From assembly GCA_010015805.1 (NCBI GenBank), contig ML978129.1:310001-374000 (forward strand): 64,000 nucleotides of DNA, written 5' to 3'. Below the pieces are notes generated by a model. That model made no database searches. It was not told the DNA's origin and saw nothing but the letters and a program-made list of their open reading frames with translations. Position 1 is the first letter of the stretch; every line of letters begins with the position of its first letter. Both the position numbers and the translations under genes were made by a program. Positions 1 through 10,252 of the stretch are shown one piece after another. This DNA is from Rhizodiscina lignyota. Lineage: Eukaryota.

Positions 1-289
1 AATGGAAGATGAGTTGAAGACGAGACAATCGAGGCGTGGCTCGGCGAACCTAGACAGCTATGACACCTCTGGTGAGGTGACTAGGGCTACGAGTAGGGTG
101 TCAAGGTATGTGGCATTAGATGGAAGGACGAGCGTCATGAGTATGCATCAACACTTCCAAGACCATGGCGAGAAGGTTTATGAGGAGAAGGCGCCGATGG
201 TTAGTGGGCAGGAAAGCTTTGAAAAGGATAGGTCGAGCGGTGCTGGGAAGAAGAAAGGGAGAGGTTGTTTTGGTTGTTTAGGGCGGTGA
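1..289 (+). CDS. 3' end of a gene of unknown function running in from the window edge; C-terminus is polybasic with two Cys (KKKGRGCFGCLGR)
   Basis: Open frame from the window edge to TGA 287-289, followed by AT-rich 3'UTR-like sequence; no family motif recognised. Confidence 0.55.
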   Translation, partial: MEDELKTRQSRRGSANLDSYDTSGEVTRATSRVSRYVALDGRTSVMSMHQHFQDHGEKVYEEKAPMVSGQESFEKDRSSGAGKKKGRGCFGCLGR

Positions 290-620
290 CTCTTGGATAG
301 GGCTGGCATGTATTATAGGTCGGGCGGATGTAGTAGAGTAATGTGTATATATATTGTTCGTGGAATGCTGAAAATACTTTCCCATGCACTTGAATGGTCA
401 TTTATGATGCTTAACTGTGTAATGGACTGGCTTTCGGCGTCTTTGTGAGATCAGTTGGAGATTGGCAGTTTGAGATATAAATTTTGCGAACTTCAGAATT
501 AAAATAAGACGTACGATCTACTACATACTAACTAGTAGGTGGTAACTTAGCACAGGCAAGCAGCCCACCGTCGCTTCATAAGGGAATAAGGAGATACGCG
601 CATGTGGGGTTGAGCAGGTC

Positions 621-660
621 TAGGGTTAGGGTTACACCAATGTTGGCTAAAACAACGCGT
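621..660. promoter_or_regulatory. Telomere-like box (TAGGGTTAGGGTTA, 621-634) and MCB element (ACGCGT, 655-660) upstream of the kinetochore gene
   Basis: Both motifs read directly 150-190 bp upstream of ATG 807; function is inferred. Confidence 0.35.
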
Positions 661-806
661 TGCTCAAGTTGATAAGTCGTGTCCACTCTTTCTCCACCAT
701 CACAGTCTAACAGAGCAGAACAGATCCTGATTCTTCAGGGGACTCCGAAAAAAGTTTGATTCTATACTGCCCTTTGTAATCATATCCGCGTGGCGCATAA
801 CGTACA

Positions 807-1770
807 ATGGCTCCATCAACTTCAGCAAGACGACGCGTCCCAGACACAAACTCAGAAGCTCAACCAACATCGCGAAAGCGCAAATCAGATGGAGCTCCCA
901 ACGAAGCGTCCTCGCGCCCGCACAAGCGCTTCCAATATCTGAAACCCCGTACGCGACGTATATCCCAGAACCTCATCACCTCGAAATGGACGCCGCTTCC
1001 TGCCCCCGCGCAACAGCAAGTCCGCGAGCTGTTCAAAGCAGCCAAACGACCAGTTATACTCGCGCGGCATGATGAGCGCCGCAAGCGCGAGGCGGAGGTT
1101 GTACTGGATCATATGGTGACGAGGCTGGAGAAACAGTTACCAAGGATGCCATTTCCACCAAAGAGCAAGGAGGGTGACTTTGATTTGGATGGATTGGTGG
1201 AGAAGAATGTGTGTTGTTTGTTGGGCTGCATTTGTGGAAGACACTGCTGACATAGTGGTGCAGCGAATGTTGGAAAATCTGGTTACCCCGGCGATACATT
1301 CTATCGAGCTTCTAAAGGCAGAAATTGAGAAGGAGGAGGCGGCTCTCCAAAGGGATAGGGAGACGCTGAGGAGGCTAGAGCGAGATTCCCAGGCCGAGCA
1401 GAGGGCTGCAGAGAGCAGCGTCACCACGGTGAGGACTATCAAAGCTTGACAGTGGTAATACACTAACGTAGCTCTCCAGATCCATCCACTATTGGAGTCT
1501 GGACTTGATTCCGAAACTATTGCGAATGATGCAGAAAGCATCAATATGCAAAAGGCAGATGAAGCGAGCTCAATACCTCTGGAGGATATGGATCACGAGC
1601 TCTTACCATTGATTGCCCAGTTTAGGAGTCACCTGGAGAGCATGCAGGCCAATGCCATGCAAGTCGACGGTTTGAGCGAAGCAATATCAAGAACATCAGC
1701 TGCCCTAAACAGTGCGTTCTACCAGAGGTCTGGAGGCCGTCAATACGAGGCCATATTCGACGTGAGCTGA
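807..1770 (+). CDS. CENP-Q/Okp1/Fta7-like inner kinetochore subunit, 3 exons (807-1208, 1264-1428, 1480-1770)
   Basis: Motifs YLKPRTRRISQ..I..KW, L..MPFPP, a coiled-coil E..LQRDRETL..LE, IHPLL and QFRSHLESMQAN. Both GT-AG introns (1209-1263, 1429-1479) keep the frame. Confidence 0.8.
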
Positions 1771-2291
1771 AGCGGATTGTCGATCCCGTGCGGCTTGGTC
1801 CGGGGGTCCTAACGACTCTGCGCGACGAATTGATGAGCGATGATTCATGTATGCTACTGAAAATCATACCATTGACATAGGATGAAATCCATGAAGCCCA
1901 ATTGTTTAATCTTTATCCCAATTGTCATCGCAGATTCCTAGCCAATGGGGACCGAGGTTTTGAAATGATGTAAGCTCCACCCTCGGCAAAAAGGAACCCG
2001 CTTTGTGAACCGCGTACCATAAAGTGGGATCGCATGCATACAACCCGGCTGCCGCATATTGAGCTGCGTTCCTGTAACCACCAAGTCTCTGGCTTTGCGA
2101 CGCTGCTGCTCGCATTGAGTGCTATGCGAACCACTTTTGCGATTCTCACGTAGGTCGCGACGCCCTTTGCGCTCGACCAATCAGCTAACCACCATCAGCG
2201 CATTTGCATGCACCACTTCCGATACCTGCACGCCTCCGTAAAACTTCCGCAGCGACACGATCCGCCGGATCCTCTCCCTCCCACATCCTGA

Positions 2292-4146
2292 ATGACCGAA
2301 GTTACACAAGGCGCTCATCCTAAGCATACCAATGGCGCGGATACCCAGGCGATGACGTCCAACGAAGCGGAGAAGGAGAATGACTCTGTCAAATCGAGCG
2401 AACGCCCCAAGGCCGAGAAGCGCCAGAGCCAATCCTCTGCGACTGGGGAGGATGGCGCTAACAAAAAAGAGAGTCCGAAGAAGCGGAGGAAGGTCAATCA
2501 TGGTGAGTTACACGTGGAAAGTGAAAAGCAAATTGGGCGCAGTGCGGCTGACTTCTATACAGCTTGCATCTATTGCAGACGCTCGGTGAGTACGCATTTG
2601 ATACCTTCAACACCCATCTCGCACGCAGCTATTGGGCGACTAGTGGCGATGACTGATATTCTCGTGAACAGCACATGACGTGCGATCTCGACAGACCCTG
2701 TAATCGTTGCATCAAGCGCAACATCGGCCACCTCTGTCACGACGAGCCCCGAGAAACACCCAAGAAGGGAAAAAGCCAATCAGATTCGGGGCAGGGGGAA
2801 GATGGAGGTCCATCTAAGGAAACCCTCTCCCCAGAACAGCCCATGAACCAGCTTGATCAACCGTCAGCCACAAATGCGGCGTCCGATCTTCCAGCAGCAG
2901 CATTACCACAGAATCGGGTCGGTAACAATGCACCTCTGGTTCAGCCTACGCCGGTTTCTGCCTCCCAGATGACCGGCAATAACAGTTGTAAGCCTCTTCC
3001 GATCCGCGATCGGCAAGTTACCTGACTATCTCATAGTACCCATGTTCAATGACTGGGCTGCGAGCGGCCATATCAATAACTTCCAGGACATGCACAACTT
3101 TCACCCATCTTACATGTTCAACACCTCGGAAGTAACGAACGAGTATAACCTGCTAAATGACTTTCTGAGTAACAGTCTCCTCGATGACGGTGGGCTATAC
3201 CAGAGCGAAGACATGCAAGGCCTGTTCAGCGACCCTAACCTGCAAAATCCTATGGGAAACATCGGCGTGGGAACCATGATTCCTCAACAAGGCTCCAACC
3301 TTATGCTACCCCCGTCACAACTCGCCGCTGGAAATGCGATTTCGCGACCAGGAAGTAGTTTCCCGCTCGACAAAGGGAGAGAAGCTTACTACATGACCGC
3401 GGCAGACCCTGCAGGGAACGAATCGGCCGAGGAAAGGATGAATAAGCTGCTCAAAGCGAAATATGATGCAGGCATGCTGAAGCCGTTCAACTACATCAAA
3501 GGTTATGCGCGCTTAGATGCGTATATGAAGAGTCATTTCCAAGCCGCATCGCGTCAAAAGGTCTTACGGCAGCTAGACATGTTCAGACCGAAGTTTCGCG
3601 AGCGGATGCAGACACTTACCGATTTGGAGCTCGTGCTCGTGGAAATGTGGTTTGAGCGGACGCTCATGGAGTACGACCGCGTTTTCGCGAGTATGGCAAT
3701 TCCGGCATGCTGTTGGCGAAGAACGGGCGAGATCTTCAGAGGCAATAAAGAGATGGCGGAACTAGTACATGTGACAACGGACAGGTTACGCGATGTGCGT
3801 CATCCAAGTCATAAAAAAGCAGAGTCTTGCTAATTCGGTATAGGGTAAAATGTCGATTCACGAAATCTTCGTCGAGAACTCGCTTGTCAGTTACTGGGAG
3901 AAATTTGGAGCGATCGCTTTCGACAACACACAGAAGGCCATCTTGACAAGTTGTACGCTGAAGAACCCTGATGAGGACTCGAAGGATTCCGTATTACGGT
4001 GCTGTTTTTCCTTTACAATCAAACGAGATACGAATAACGTGTAAGTACTTCCTGTGTCTATCCGATGTCGTTTGGGAGTGATTGCTTAATCGTGGTACAG
4101 TCCAACCTTGATAGTTGGGAACTTCTTACCCATCAGGGAAAGTTGA
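2292..4146 (+). CDS. acuM: Zn2Cys6 transcription factor with C-terminal PAS-like domain, AcuM/RDS2 type (gluconeogenesis/alternative oxidase regulator), ~6 exons
   Basis: Spliced cluster reads KKRRKVNH-ACIYCRRS-HMTCDLDRPCNRCIKRNIGHLCHDEPRE. Also LKPFNYIKGYARL and MAIPACCWRRTGEIFRGNKE. Last exon VPTLIVGNFLPIRES* ends at TGA 4144-4146. Confidence 0.85.
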
Positions 4147-4483
4147 TGACATACGGACCCTGTGCACATATTGTACATGAGTTTTGGGCTTTGTAAATGA
4201 TTTGGTTACTTCGGACTGGATTGGGGCACCTCAAAATGCATAGGACGGGGGCCTGGTTTGTAGCATGATACGAATGGATGGCTATGGAACTCCGGAGGTC
4301 ACTGATGTACTCTAGGAAGTATATCATAGCAAATACGTGTCAATTCTTGATACTTTCTTCTGTCTTGTTATTTTAATTCTGATATCTCCCTTAAGTGCGG
4401 GACCATCTTGTCTAGGTGACTGCGCCGCCCTTTCTATTTCACAGCAGCACATCGACGTCACCTCATTACCATTCCATCTCGGT

Positions 4484-7400
4484 ATGGCTCCCAAAAAACA
4501 GCCTGGTTCTGAAAAGGATGCGAAAGTAAAATCCCTTCTCTGTAAGCCGTCTCTCTCCTTCTGCGCTCTCCCGATTTCAAACTAACTGCCTTGCGCGACT
4601 TAGCATTCGCTGCATCTCTCCCATCGCGCATCGATGAAGCCGAGTCCGATTCCACTCTCATTGAAGACATCCAATCCCACCTCAAATCGCTGCCTCTTGC
4701 GCCCTCCACTGTGACAGCTGCCCACGCCGTCGCGTTCGATGTGCAAGGTACGGAGCTTTGGAACTTTGCGACGCGTCTTCGACGCGACGGTGACGCCTTA
4801 GGTCGCTCGGCGCCATCAAATAGTCATAATGCACAGCAAGGTGTTGCGCAAGTCGCGTGCTTCGTCCGCGTTCTCGCATTCTTTATGGTTGACTCTGGAT
4901 GGCAGTCTTCAACACGTAGTGGGCAACATAAAAAGCTTCGGGGCTTCAAAGAGACAATGAGATTGATGAGGATCGTTCTCAAGGCTGGAAAGAGTTGTCT
5001 TGTACTGGGAGCAATGGACATGTGCGTAAGACTTATGGAGAGGGCAGCGGATTTTGAAGGGGCCCTGGGGAAGGCTGCCGAAGGCACAGGAGAGGAAGAT
5101 GATAAGACGGTAGCTATTAGACTCAGGGCACAGTACTTTGTGCTGAGGACAACGCTGGTATATGATCGCGTTTCGTCGTCATTGAGTGGGACTAGCTAAT
5201 TAGAAACGACAGGCGTGGAAACAATCTCGACTCGACATTGCTGAGCACATGTTTTCGAAAGCAAATATTCCGAACAGTACCCTCGATCCCACGTCGTCGG
5301 AGGAGCTTTCGGATTCACTCTTCGAGATGGGCAAGGACCTGCTTGGAAAGCGGCAGTTCGAAGTGGCGGCGCGATGGCTTGAGCGCTCTTTAGACATCCT
5401 TGATGGGACGGAAATTGAGCAGCTCAGTCCAGATGCTGGCGATTTACGGTTGAGCATCATGCAACATTATGGTGCGAGCAACCTTTTATATGTGTCTTTC
5501 CAGGCTGACACCTATGCAGCCAAGGCGTTACTTGGGCTTCAAACAACAGATGCGCGTTCGAAGGCGCGTGATATTGTGACTTTAATGGAGACAGTATAAC
5601 CACTGATGGCCTTTGACATGATGAAGACGCTAACGAAATGTGCAACAGGACTATGCGGAGAAGATGATTGTATCATTGCTGAAGTTGGAAATCATTCTTA
5701 GTGAAGAGACTGTTGATGCAGATCAATACTATAATGGTGCGCAGTGTCCAAATATCTGTTAGAGAGGTGTGCTCACAATTGGTAGTGATCAACCGGATGA
5801 TTCGAACTATTATGCTGACAGCAAACAACATCAAGACGTAACTTATGCCACCGGTTGATATTCTCTGTGCTAATCAACCCCAGGCTCATGCATCATATTC
5901 ATCGGTTGAAGACAATAAGGTGAGGTAGAATTTCACGCCATAATACTATCGAAGTTGCTAATGCAAGATAGCCCATGCCATGCGGTCACAGCTCTGGATG
6001 ATCTCTTAGAACTACGCTTGGTAGAAGTGTCCGACAAAGCCGAGTGGATCGAGAAAGCCATGATCACCAGAATTTGGATCAGTACATTAAACCCAGACGA
6101 CGGAACAGCATTGAGGAGCCTACAAGACTTTCTTGAGATCGCTTTCCGAGTGCTTCGACAGCCACCGAATGTAACGGCGACTCACGCGGCACAAACGCTC
6201 TTATGGAAACGGATAGAGTCAGCGTTTGCTGCAGGCCATTTCGATTTCGCGGAATCTTGGTGTCAGCTTGCGATGCACAAGCTCTTGGAAAACTGCGGCG
6301 ATATTAATAAATCTAAAGTCGCCAGGAAGCGCATACTGTGTTCGCTCAGCCGGCAAGAATTCAACAGAGCGCGAGAGATCTACTTCCAAATGCCGGAGAG
6401 CTCAAAGGCAGCGCCAATGACTCGGTATCTCATGTACAAGGTTGCTCTTCGTAGCGGTGATGCTGAGTTTGCGGCGGAGAACCTTGAGGCCCTTTGCAAA
6501 AGCTCTTCAAAAGATGCTACTCTTCTCTACGCTTGCGTAATGGAAGCGCAGCAGGCTGGCAACAAACAACAAACCGCTCTGGCACTGCAGAAAGTGCTTG
6601 GAAAATACGATTATGGCGCACCACGTGGTGTCCACCTGCCGGCGTTGCTTCGGTGTATGACCCGGCTACTAACAAGTGAAGTTCCGGCGAACTCAGCTCC
6701 TAACGATCAAATCGCGGAGGAGATTTGTAAGGTCTTTACTGCCGCTGCGACTCAGGCTCGGAAGAAAGGTTCAGTGAAGAATGGAGACGCCAAAGACGCC
6801 TTTGACACGACTGAGTTGGAGTGGTTCTCACGTTGTAGCTACAACCTCGCGTTGAAGTGGTGCACGGATATCAGCCCTCATCACCTCATCCGACTCTTGA
6901 GCGCGTGCGGTATCCTCGGCGATGTTCTGCTCGGAGAAGCTCCGGTAGAAGAGCACGCAAACCTGCATCTCCGCAGAATGTTCTGCAACTGGCTTTCCGT
7001 TTGTGGCCATATTGTCATTGCCAGGGCAGAAGACAACATTGAAGCATCACATCAATCCTATCTCGCCGTTCGTATTTGTGGCAGACTATACAGGGAGCGT
7101 CTTCCTGAGCAGCTCAAGGAGGAAACGCTATCGGAGCCTGCGCAAGAAGATCTCAAGGATAAACATTTCCGACTGTTGAAGTTTGAGCTCGAGGCTGCGC
7201 TGAAACTGCTTCAGTGGGATGATATGGATGAGCTTTTCGAAGTCTGACCCTCATCGCTCTTCTCAAGCGACGAGCTGACAAGATGTACAGGAATGCTGGA
7301 AATATGAAAACTCGAAGCACTGGGAGACGCTAGCAGATCTTGTTCTCGTCATTCACGCGAGTATGGTTGAAGCGAAACTTGATACATCCCATCTCCACAG

Positions 7401-7933
7401 TGAGCTTGCCCAAAATATTTCCTTACGTTCAATGTTTACTGATTGATCAGAAATACTCGCCGTGTTGCAGGTGAATAATCATGGACAATGTTCGTACTAT
7501 TCGAAGCCTGACAAACACTGCAGAAGATCATTAATCACACTTACCGCACGAAGTCGAGTGATACACTCCATCTTGGCCAATGGATCAGGTGTCTCTTCCA
7601 GCTAGCGATCAGTTTTGACGAGGGCATTGGCATTCATTGCCTGGATCAAGCATACAACATCGCACAGAAAAAGAAAGGGGTAAGGCGTTTTCGGAGGTCA
7701 TTCGGAAGATTGATAGCTGATTAACACAGACTTCGGGTGCTTACCCAAACACGGAGCTGGAATGGCTTGCTACTACGAGCTTCAACCGAGCGGTCGATTA
7801 CTATTGTGCCTCCGACGACGTCAAAACGAAGCTGTGGGCTGAGAAATCGCTCATGCTTGCCGATGCGCTAGATGATCGAGGAGCTTTGCTGAAGCTACTC
7901 CGGGAGAAGTACTCGGCTCTGTCGTGGAGTTGA
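4484..7933 (+). CDS. SPO22: Meiosis-specific TPR protein SPO22/ZIP4, many exons including micro-exons
   Basis: Motifs FDVQGTELWNFATRL, AAQTLLWK, ELEWFSRCSYNLALK and terminal YPNTELEWLATTSFNRAVDYY. Frames join through ~11 short introns; stop TGA 7931-7933. Confidence 0.85.
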
Positions 7934-8021
7934 TTCGGCGCAGAATCTCTGATCATCTATCGCGAAAGATGAGATGATATGATATCACAAATATTTTCTC
8001 TTTTGCTACGTGTACAATTAG

Positions 8022-8825
8022 CTAAGGTGGAGTGGTTGCATCTATCCTGGCAGCTGTTTGTTCGAGGGGAAGCTTCACCCTCGGTCTCATCAAGCTCTCG
8101 ACCGTAACATCACCAGATACTTTCGTGATACCCATGATAGGAGGATCTCCTTTCCTCACGAATTCATATTTGCCTGCGTGAACATCAGCATCCGCACATT
8201 GATCTCCTTTTGCTGCATCATGACCTACCTGGCATCTTATTCCCGGCCAACCTGAAAGCATCCCGTACAACCTGCTCGTGCACCGCGCCCTTCAACTCGA
8301 AAATGATCTTGTTGACGCCCACTCTGCTTGCCCAATGATCGAAGCCTCCCTTTCCCGTCCCCATTCTGCTCTCATTTCCCTTCTTGTATACCGCAATGTT
8401 CGCCGCGACTCTCCTGTATAATCGAAACTGCATCCCTCGAAGCCGCCGCTTTATCGTCTCTTCTCCAATCTTGAGTTGGGATGCAGATATGCGTCTGTGA
8501 AAATCGCACATGCGAAGTCCATACTCGCCCCAGGCGACCGTGGTCCCTCGGACTGAGCCACCGGTGTGGACGCGCGGACGGCCCTTGTGTGTCTTTTTGT
8601 TACCGGCGCCCTTCTTGGGGAGAAGCCAGTCGCGGGTTGAAGGAGTCGAGGAGAAGGTACGGCGGCATATTGATGCTGGGCTGGGATTTAAAGTCGTAAC
8701 TGTAGCTCTGTTAGCTCCATTTCTTCGATGCCATTGGTGTTTGTCGGACCTGGTAATTGTCTGGAATTGATGGAAAGACTCTTCAGCTGGGCCAATAGAC
8801 CACCAGCTAACCGTGGAGGCGGCAT
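8022..8825 (-). CDS. MRPL16: Mitochondrial ribosomal protein uL16m, 3 exons
   Basis: Motifs HKGRPRVHTGGSVRGTTVAWGEYGLRM and KGNESRMGTGKGGFDHWA. Exon 1 (8825-8750) encodes a presequence-like MPPPRLAGGLLAQLKSLSINSR and splices in frame across 8749-8700. The last exon is KYEFVRKGDPP... Confidence 0.9.
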
Positions 8826-9129
8826 CAGGGTGTCTAGTAACGAAACAATTGTTCGAATAATAATCCTCAAGATGCCGGTCGAGTGCCAAGACCCCCAAGT
8901 CTGTTCCATTATCGTATGGTGCGGCTAGCCGCTCCTTAACTGCCCTTGCTGCTCGCGCGACAACCCCATCAAAGGTCCTCAAACCCCGACACTTGAGAGA
9001 GATGCAAAAATTAATAAGAACTACGGAGTATATTTTATGAGAACATGATAAGAGCGGTCTGACAAGTGTTACGGTATTTTATTTTCATTATTGGCAGGTT
9101 CTAGATTATAATGTCCCTTGGAACTATCC

Positions 9130-9753
9130 TTAGCTAGAAGCTAAAGCACCATCCAACGAATTCTTTTTCAAGTCTTCCCAGTCATCTCGTATCACAGCCC
9201 AGATTTTCATGTCCAACGCTCTCTCATTCTTCCACACCATCTTTCTCATCGTTCCTTCATACGTAAATCCAACCCGCCTCAACACACCTTCGCTTCCAGC
9301 ATTGCCCTCGAAAACGCCAGCCCAAATCCGCAGTATCTTCTGCCTCTCCTGAAAGACCCATCCTGTAAAAGCCTCAACTGCCTCACTCATTATTCCCTTC
9401 CTCCAACTCGGCTCCCCAACCCAATATCCAATCTCTGTGCTGCGTTCGAAGACGTCTTTTGCAGGCTTTAGACCAATAGCGCCAATCGGTTTGTTCGAAA
9501 GGTCACATATGACAAAGTTCATGGTCGGATTGTCGTCCTTTATCATCTTGAAAAAAGAGTAAGCGTCCTCCAGGGTGTAAGGGTGCGGAAAGCCGTTCGT
9601 CATATTGACCGCGATTTTGGCATTATTTGCGATCTCGGCAATATTAGGGGCGTCTGATTGGTGAAGAGGACGGATGATGCATTTCTTGAGCGTTAAGTTG
9701 GGTTCCTGGATCGGGAGGTCATTTGGCACATTCTCTTCGGACGTGGATGCCAT
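9130..9753 (-). CDS. GNAT acetyltransferase, RimJ/RimL (Acetyltransf_3) type, single exon
   Basis: Motifs FPHPYTLEDA, EIGYWVGEPSWRKGIMSEAV and N..S..VL.R.GF..EG. Confidence 0.88.
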   Translation of the reverse strand: MASTSEENVPNDLPIQEPNLTLKKCIIRPLHQSDAPNIAEIANNAKIAVNMTNGFPHPYTLEDAYSFFKMIKDDNPTMNFVICDLSNKPIGAIGLKPAKDVFERSTEIGYWVGEPSWRKGIMSEAVEAFTGWVFQERQKILRIWAGVFEGNAGSEGVLRRVGFTYEGTMRKMVWKNERALDMKIWAVIRDDWEDLKKNSLDGALASS

Positions 9754-10078
9754 AGTCGCCAAGCTGGTGGAGAGAGAGTGGGGGAAGGATGTGGTCGAGC
9801 GTCTTACTTATATCGCTGTTGACTCATTGGTGAATTGATATCTATGATTGTTAGTAGAAGGTTGTCTGTCCCTCCAGCGCCTGCCATTTTGGTAAGCATG
9901 CATTCGAAAATGACTGGATCGTTGCCGTTGAGTCCAAGTTGGAGTCATTCGCAAGATCTGATATTCCAGAGCAACTCAGCCTCAAGCAGCCGCAGTACCA
10001 GCAGCATAATTGAACGGCCTGAGCTCAAAAGCGACTGAGTTAAAGCCCACTTGAAACTTGCGACGTTAAAGGGAGACC

Positions 10079-10169
10079 GTCACGTGCCAACCCGCCAGGT
10101 CAGCGTCGGCAAATCTCAGACCCGACCTCAGGTCCGCGACGCGTCTTCCAGTCGCGTCTTCCCCGCGTG
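10079..10169. promoter_or_regulatory. MCB-like cluster (ACGCGT 10139-10144 plus further CGCG cores) and GTCACGTG E-box upstream of MMS22
   Basis: Motifs read directly; consistent with G1/S (MBF) control of a DNA-repair gene, which is inference. Confidence 0.45.
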
Positions 10170-10252
10170 CCGTGACAAGTGCTTCAGAATTTCAACGCTA
10201 CAATTCCATTTCATGTTCAACGGGACATGAATCGATATGAGACGTCGTTCCA

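Noticed and set aside
621..634. TAACCCTAACCCTA (minus strand) as a telomerase RNA template
   Set aside because: The intergenic gap is only ~500 bp and no pseudoknot or CR4/5-like element is recognisable; better read as a promoter telobox.
1830..1860. TGATGA...CTGA as a C/D snoRNA
   Set aside because: Boxes are under 30 nt apart, too short, and lie in a probable 3'UTR.
8826..8982. N-terminal extension of MRPL16 suggested by the ORF track
   Set aside because: It starts at a non-ATG codon; a spliced ATG at 8825 gives a proper mitochondrial presequence.
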